Shown here piece by piece: positions 47,925 through 53,033 of a stretch of 53,033 nt of DNA. The stretch spans positions 62,001 to 115,033 of the forward strand of contig JAFGKV010000036.1 in the NCBI GenBank assembly GCA_016928395.1, in the 5' to 3' direction. The position numbers and the translations under genes are program-made. The DNA comes from Candidatus Fermentibacterota bacterium (GTDB taxonomy: Bacteria > JAFGKV01). The notes beneath the pieces were generated by a model. The model had not been told where the DNA came from, did no database searches, and saw only the letters and a program-made list of their open reading frames with translations. Every line of letters starts with the position of its first letter. Position 1 is the first letter of the stretch.

Positions 47925-48461
47925 TCAAGAGCCACCATGGATCAGGGCTTTCAGTGACTCAAGATCCGCAGTGAGGAGTGCTCGTCCCTCTCCATCGGTG
48001 ACAAGCCCAAGTTGGGTCTCGGCATCAGCGAGGTGCGCGCGAGCCCCATCAGGATTCCCTGCCAGGATCTCGGCGCGGGCTAACGCCTCGTAGGCATAGC
48101 CCAGGTAAAAGGGGGGTAACGAGTCCTCCCGCGAGATCTGCAGGCATCGTTGGGCGAAATGTCGGGCCATCTCAGTATGCCCAGCAACGGCATGAACCCT
48201 CGATACCTGCCAGTAGCCTACCGAGAGATTCGCAGGCAGACAGTCACTCCGCTGCGTCCAGTGCCAGAGTGACGCATAGGCCAGGAGGATCATGTTTTCC
48301 GTATCCTCAACCGTACGCTCGGGTTTGTCGAGGTAATCCCAGCACTCGTTGAAACATGAGGCCGAGAGCTTCGTGTGAATGTCCTGCATCGCGACTCCTT
48401 CGGGTGTGGCGCCTGCGATTGCGCTCAAGACGAACACGAGAGAAATCATCACCTTGGCCAT
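47925..48461 (-). CDS. Exported helical (TPR-like) hypothetical protein
   Basis: AAGGAGG RBS, signal peptide; FNECWDYLDK...ASLWHW...YWQVSRV...AYEALARA. Confidence 0.75.
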   Translation of the reverse strand: MAKVMISLVFVLSAIAGATPEGVAMQDIHTKLSASCFNECWDYLDKPERTVEDTENMILLAYASLWHWTQRSDCLPANLSVGYWQVSRVHAVAGHTEMARHFAQRCLQISREDSLPPFYLGYAYEALARAEILAGNPDGARAHLADAETQLGLVTDGEGRALLTADLESLKALIHGGS

Positions 48462-48564
48462 GGGCGCTGCCTCCTTTGGGTTACGGTTCAGATGAGAAGC
48501 CTTGACGGGTTCTCAACCGGCTGATCTGAGGGTCGTAGGCCTCGACACGATGACAGACACTGCG

Positions 48565-49116
48565 TCACGGTGTCATCAAGTATAACTCCAGATGGCTGAG
48601 CGTCATATGCGCAACGTGAGTGAATCCAGCCATGTTCGACATACCGATGATCGTCTCACGCTGCAGCCGGTGGGCCAGGCGCGGTCCCTGGTCTTCTTCG
48701 AGGTAGGGATGCTCCACGACCGCAACGCGATACCGGGCAACCCGCCTCGCCTCTCCCAACGCTGCTACTCCATCATCTGTCTCGTGGAGCACGGCGCAGA
48801 GAAACGCCAGGTCAAACGCCTTGTTGCGAGAAGGCAGATCCTCCGCGACAGCCTGGAGGAACCGGGCCGCGGTCACCATGCGCAGAGCATCTCCCAGCAG
48901 TACGATGTTAGGGTCAATTCCCAGCACGGCGCACCCTCGCGCCAGAAATGCCTCGGCAAACACCCCCGCACCGGTTCCCACATCAACTACCTGCTTCGCG
49001 GGAATCCCTTCGAGGCAAAGCATGACTATCCGGTCGACCTCAAGCCGGGCCAAGCGCTGCGCGGACCTCAGCCCGTCAGACCCTCCTTTGTATCGTCGCT
49101 CGTGGTCATGGCCCAT
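48565..49116 (-). CDS. Class I SAM-dependent methyltransferase
   Basis: VDVGTGAGVF, AEDLP...FDL, VLHE; GAGGTGG RBS before ATG 49116. Confidence 0.85.
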   Translation of the reverse strand: MGHDHERRYKGGSDGLRSAQRLARLEVDRIVMLCLEGIPAKQVVDVGTGAGVFAEAFLARGCAVLGIDPNIVLLGDALRMVTAARFLQAVAEDLPSRNKAFDLAFLCAVLHETDDGVAALGEARRVARYRVAVVEHPYLEEDQGPRLAHRLQRETIIGMSNMAGFTHVAHMTLSHLELYLMTP

Positions 49117-49539
49117 GTTCCACCTCAGTTGAATCCCACAATCCTCTGCTGTCGAGGCGCCGGGGAGACACGCGGATAGCAAGAAGTCGTTCGGCAGCGC
49201 GCCGTCAAGAACATAGGTCCTTCGTGGCGAGGAAGCCCGCTGCTGGTGAAGACCCAGGCTAACCCCGCCGCACCGGGAAGGGCCGCTCGGTCCCGGTGTG
49301 TTGCCCGGGACAATCCCCGAATGGCTGGCAACAGGATGGCCCGCATCGTCTCTCCCAGCGGTGCAATCATTGGCCAGCAACTCCGAACGTCTCGCGAAGG
49401 GGGAACCCGAGCCCGTGCCGCGCGCAAAACTTATGCTTGTATCCGGGTACTTGGAATGCAAATTGAAGAGGTTATCGATTTGCTACAGCTTTTCCCTGCG
49501 CCTACTATCTCCCCTACTCCATCCTTGGGAGGTCCTGCC

Positions 49540-52500
49540 GTGCGTCTTCTTCTGGCACTCTCACTTCTCATTCTTCAATCCGCGTCTGTCCAGGCGATCT
49601 GGATGCCTCTCTCCTCTTCACTACCCCGGGCGGGGGATCTGGCGATACTCGAAGATACGGGCTCCCGGACGACGCTCTCATTGACGCTTTCCGGATATGA
49701 GAGTGAGGAGATCAACATCGACGGCACGCGGTGCGTGCGTATCACCATGCCAAGCACCGCACCGACGCTGGAGAAGGGTGAGCCCGAGCTCCCCATCTGG
49801 ACCGGGAGCATCATCATTCCAGACCGGGGCAGCGCGTCCATGCGGGTAGTGGAGAGTCAGTGGGAAGAACTGCCCTCACTGCCGGTGGTGCCGTCAAAAG
49901 GGAACCTGTACCGCACTATAGATCCGGCAACGGTTCCGTACGAATTCGGTGTCTCATACGGGAGAGACACGTGGTTCCCAGGGCCTGAGGTGAGACTGAG
50001 CGAGCCGTTCATTCTGCGGGATTACCGCGGAGTGACGGTGATCGTGCATCCGGTGCAGTACAACGGCGCACGGGGTGTGCTGCGGGTGCTTCGGCGGCTG
50101 GTCGTCGAGGTGGAAACCGCGGGGTCGGGCGGTGTGAATGAACTGGAGCGGCGGAGTCTGGTGGCTGCACGCGAGTTCTCGGCGATCTATGAGGGAATGT
50201 TCGTGAACCTCCGAAGCCAGCGGCGCACGCTGAATGAGCGGGCGGGGAAGATGCTGATCATCGCGGCGGATACATACCATGACGGCATGGCGGATCTGGT
50301 ATCGTGGAAGCGCGAGAAGGGGATCGATACCAAGATCGTGGCCTACTCGGCGATCGGGGGTACGGGCGCAACGGCGGTGAAGAACTACATCCAGAACGAG
50401 TACAACGCGGGCGGGCTGGTGTTTGTGCTGCTCGTAGGAGACCTGGCCCATATCCCGACCCAGACCTACTCCGGGGGCGAGGCTGATCCGATGTACTCGC
50501 TGGTGGCGGGCAGCGATGTGTACCCCGACATCTTCGTGTCGCGGTTCAGCGCGCAGACCGTTGCAGACGTGAGCACTCAGGTGCTGCGATCGGTGGAGTA
50601 TGAGCGGAGCCCGACCGCGGCGACTGCGTGGTATCACAAGGCAACGGGGATCGCGAGCAATCAGTCGAATGGCGGGCTGATAGACTACGAGTGGATGAAC
50701 GGATTCCGGACGAAGCTGTTGAACTACCACTACACCGAGATGGATCAGATCTACGATCCCTCGGCCAGCGCATCGCAGGTGACAACTGCCTTAAACGCCG
50801 GGCGGAGCCTGGTCTTGTACATGGGGCATGGATCCGAGACGTCGTGGGGCACAACGGGCTTCTCGAATACGAACATCAATGCCTTATCCAACTACTGGAT
50901 GCTGCCGGTGATTCACTCGGTGGCCTGCGTGAACGGTGACTTCAGCACGACCACGTGTTTCGCAGAGGCGTGGCTTCGGGCGCAGAACGGAGGCGAGCCG
51001 CGGGGCGCCCTGGCAACATACATGTCCAGCATCAACCAGTCATGGGATCCGCCGCAAATCGCGCAGCAAGGGTTCGTTGACAGCCTCGTGAACAATCGAT
51101 ACAACACGGTGGGCGGCACGCTGTTCATCGGCTCGGTGCGGATGCTGGAGTACTACAGTGGAGGATCCGCGGGCACGGAGATGTTTAACACGTGGCACAT
51201 CTTCGGAGACTGCTCGGTGCAAATGCGGACGGACAGCCCCGCCTTCATGGCGGCTACCTACCCCTCCACGGTTCCCCTGGGAACCTCCTCGATTTCCGTC
51301 ACAGTCGCCGGCCTTGAGGGCGCCTTGGTGGGGATCTCGTCAGAAGGCCAGTTCCTGGGTTCGGGCTATACGAATGCCAGTGGGGCCGTGACCGTGATGC
51401 TGACCGAACCGCTGGACACACCGGGCACGGTGAAACTCACCATTACCGCCTACAACAAGACCCCCATCCAGGCCGACATCGAGGTCATCTCGACATCCGG
51501 CCCTCACGTGGTATACGCGGGCTCGACGATCCTGGGCGACGGGCAGGCGGATGTAGGGGAGACGGTGTTGGTGGATATTGAGCTGGAGAATGTGGGGAAT
51601 GCGACGGCATACGCGGTGCAGGCCACGCTGAGCACGGTGAATGCACAGATCACGGTGACGGTACCGACCCAAAGCTATGGGGACATGGGTGCCGGGGCGA
51701 CGGCATTACCGGCGGCGCCGTTCCAGTTCTATGTGGGTTCCCTGCCGGACGGGACGGTGGTGCCGTTTGACGTAGCGATCACGTCGGGTATGGACTCATG
51801 GGAGGGGTCGTTTGACATCACGGTGCATGCGTCGCCGGAGATCGGGGTGACGCCGACGGTGGTGGAGGAATGGGCGGGGGTGGGCGAGACGGCGCAGCGG
51901 GCGGTGATGGTAAGCAACAGCGGGACGGGAGACTTGACGTATACGGTGGGTGTCATGACGGACAGCCGGCAGGGCACGGCGGTACCGTTTCTGGAGCTGG
52001 GCAAGGGGGAGCCTGATCCGCGGGTGGGCGAGACGCCTGCGCGGGGGAGTGGGGGTCCTGACGGGTATGGCTACCGGTGGATAGACAGCGATGAGCCGGG
52101 AGGGCCGGCGTTTTCGTGGTTAGACATCAGCAGCACGGGGACGTCGCCGGGGAGCGGGGATGATTCCAACTATGGCCCATTCAACCTGGGGTTCACGTTC
52201 CCGTTCTACGGGACAGACTACACCCAGGTTCGGATCTGCACCAATGGGTGGTTGTCATTCACATCGACGTCGACGGCCTACACGAACCAGGGGATACCGA
52301 GCACGTCTGAGCCCAACTGTCTCATTGCGCCGTTCTGGGATGATTTAAGCCCGAACTATGGGGGGAGCGTGCGGTATCAGAGCGATGCGGGGAATGGGCG
52401 GTTCATCGCACAGTGGACGGAAGTACCGCGGTGGACGTCGACCGGAGGCACGGGATCGTACACATTCCAGGTGATCGTGTATGCAGACGGGCGGATCGTG

Positions 52501-53033
52501 TATCAGTACAACACTTTGGTGGGTGATCTGGAAAGCTGTACGGTGGGGATCGAGAATCAGGGGGGGACTGACGGGGTGCAGGTAGTATCCAACGCGGCGT
52601 ATCTGCACAACGGGTTGGCGATACAGATCAGCACGGTTCAGCCGTGGTTGACGGTGGCGCCGGTGGGGGGTACGGTGGTACCCGGAAGCAGTGCGGAGCT
52701 GACGGCGACGATGGATGCGGCGGACCTCGGCGCGGGGACGTACACGGGGACGATCACGATCACGTCCAATGACGCGGACGAGAGTTCCATCGAGATCCCG
52801 GTGACGTTTCATGTGGGGGCATTGATGCCGCCGGAACTGACGGTGGCGCCGGTAGGGAGCGAGGTGCAGTTGACGTGGACAGAGGTAACGGCGGCGACTG
52901 CATACTGGGTGTATGGGGCGAGCAACGAGGCGTACTTCGTACCGGGGATGGGGCCTGGGTATGCGCACCGGGTGGCGGTGCTTCCCTCGGGGACGACGAG
53001 CTGGAGCAGCGCCGCGGGCATGGGCGATCCGGA
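49540..53033 (+). CDS. Gingipain-like C25 cysteine peptidase (propeptide, catalytic, Ig-like, nidogen-like and FN3-like modules); runs off the window
   Basis: Not in the ORF track. GGAGG RBS, GTG 49540, no stop seen to the end. MRLLLALSLL signal, EKGEPELP, PSKGNLYR, ILRDYRG, FVLLVGD, YMGHGSETSW (His 50827), SVACVNGDF (Cys 50926), WHIFGD. Confidence 0.93.
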   Translation, partial: MRLLLALSLLILQSASVQAIWMPLSSSLPRAGDLAILEDTGSRTTLSLTLSGYESEEINIDGTRCVRITMPSTAPTLEKGEPELPIWTGSIIIPDRGSASMRVVESQWEELPSLPVVPSKGNLYRTIDPATVPYEFGVSYGRDTWFPGPEVRLSEPFILRDYRGVTVIVHPVQYNGARGVLRVLRRLVVEVETAGSGGVNELERRSLVAAREFSAIYEGMFVNLRSQRRTLNERAGKMLIIAADTYHDGMADLVSWKREKGIDTKIVAYSAIGGTGATAVKNYIQNEYNAGGLVFVLLVGDLAHIPTQTYSGGEADPMYSLVAGSDVYPDIFVSRFSAQTVADVSTQVLRSVEYERSPTAATAWYHKATGIASNQSNGGLIDYEWMNGFRTKLLNYHYTEMDQIYDPSASASQVTTALNAGRSLVLYMGHGSETSWGTTGFSNTNINALSNYWMLPVIHSVACVNGDFSTTTCFAEAWLRAQNGGEPRGALATYMSSINQSWDPPQIAQQGFVDSLVNNRYNTVGGTLFIGSVRMLEYYSGGSAGTEMFNTWHIFGDCSVQMRTDSPAFMAATYPSTVPLGTSSISVTVAGLEGALVGISSEGQFLGSGYTNASGAVTVMLTEPLDTPGTVKLTITAYNKTPIQADIEVISTSGPHVVYAGSTILGDGQADVGETVLVDIELENVGNATAYAVQATLSTVNAQITVTVPTQSYGDMGAGATALPAAPFQFYVGSLPDGTVVPFDVAITSGMDSWEGSFDITVHASPEIGVTPTVVEEWAGVGETAQRAVMVSNSGTGDLTYTVGVMTDSRQGTAVPFLELGKGEPDPRVGETPARGSGGPDGYGYRWIDSDEPGGPAFSWLDISSTGTSPGSGDDSNYGPFNLGFTFPFYGTDYTQVRICTNGWLSFTSTSTAYTNQGIPSTSEPNCLIAPFWDDLSPNYGGSVRYQSDAGNGRFIAQWTEVPRWTSTGGTGSYTFQVIVYADGRIVYQYNTLVGDLESCTVGIENQGGTDGVQVVSNAAYLHNGLAIQISTVQPWLTVAPVGGTVVPGSSAELTATMDAADLGAGTYTGTITITSNDADESSIEIPVTFHVGALMPPELTVAPVGSEVQLTWTEVTAATAYWVYGASNEAYFVPGMGPGYAHRVAVLPSGTTSWSSAAGMGDP

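Noticed and set aside
49117-49461. N-terminal extension of the methyltransferase ORF
   Set aside because: Better RBS and start at ATG 49116; the extension lies in the divergent promoter region and looks non-coding
49954-52968. Minus-strand ORFs 49954-50730 and 52345-52968
   Set aside because: Antisense to the real C25 peptidase gene on the plus strand

Overview
GC-rich bacterial chromosomal window with no rRNA, tRNA, CRISPR array or intact mobile element that I can see. A T9SS-type tail, a gingipain-like C25 protease, YgeY, an O2-sensitive activase pair and the GroEL style point to an anaerobic diderm of the FCB-group/candidate-phylum kind (inference). On the minus strand, 23.1 kb to the start holds: a promoter and cobalamin riboswitch; a T9SS-tailed beta-propeller protein and a TonB-dependent receptor; a coupled glycan cluster (WaaL-like+TPR, tandem CBM60-like protein, Wzz, Wzy/WaaL, Wzx, GT4); an MlaE-F-D/PqiC lipid transporter; a 1004+421 aa activase/reductase pair built like the anaerobic plasmalogen/ether-lipid enzymes PlsA/PlsR; a rod-like structured RNA candidate; and a TPR protein. 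Next come rpsT, a DUF47-PiT-sulfatase-like-epmA operon (+), a pilin-like gene, groESL with CIRCE, rne/rng, an orphan MrpD/NuoN-like gene, trxB, a TPR-FG-GAP lipoprotein, a heterodimeric ABC exporter with a candidate leader peptide, a secreted metallopeptidase, ygeY and a methyltransferase. A >1160-codon gingipain-like gene missing from the ORF track runs off the right end. Best leads: ether-lipid enzymes beside an MCE lipid transporter; a B12-regulated secreted scavenger coupled to a glycan cluster; the rod RNA at 1881-2000; a non-T9SS C-terminal module shared by two proteases; and the ABC leader peptide.
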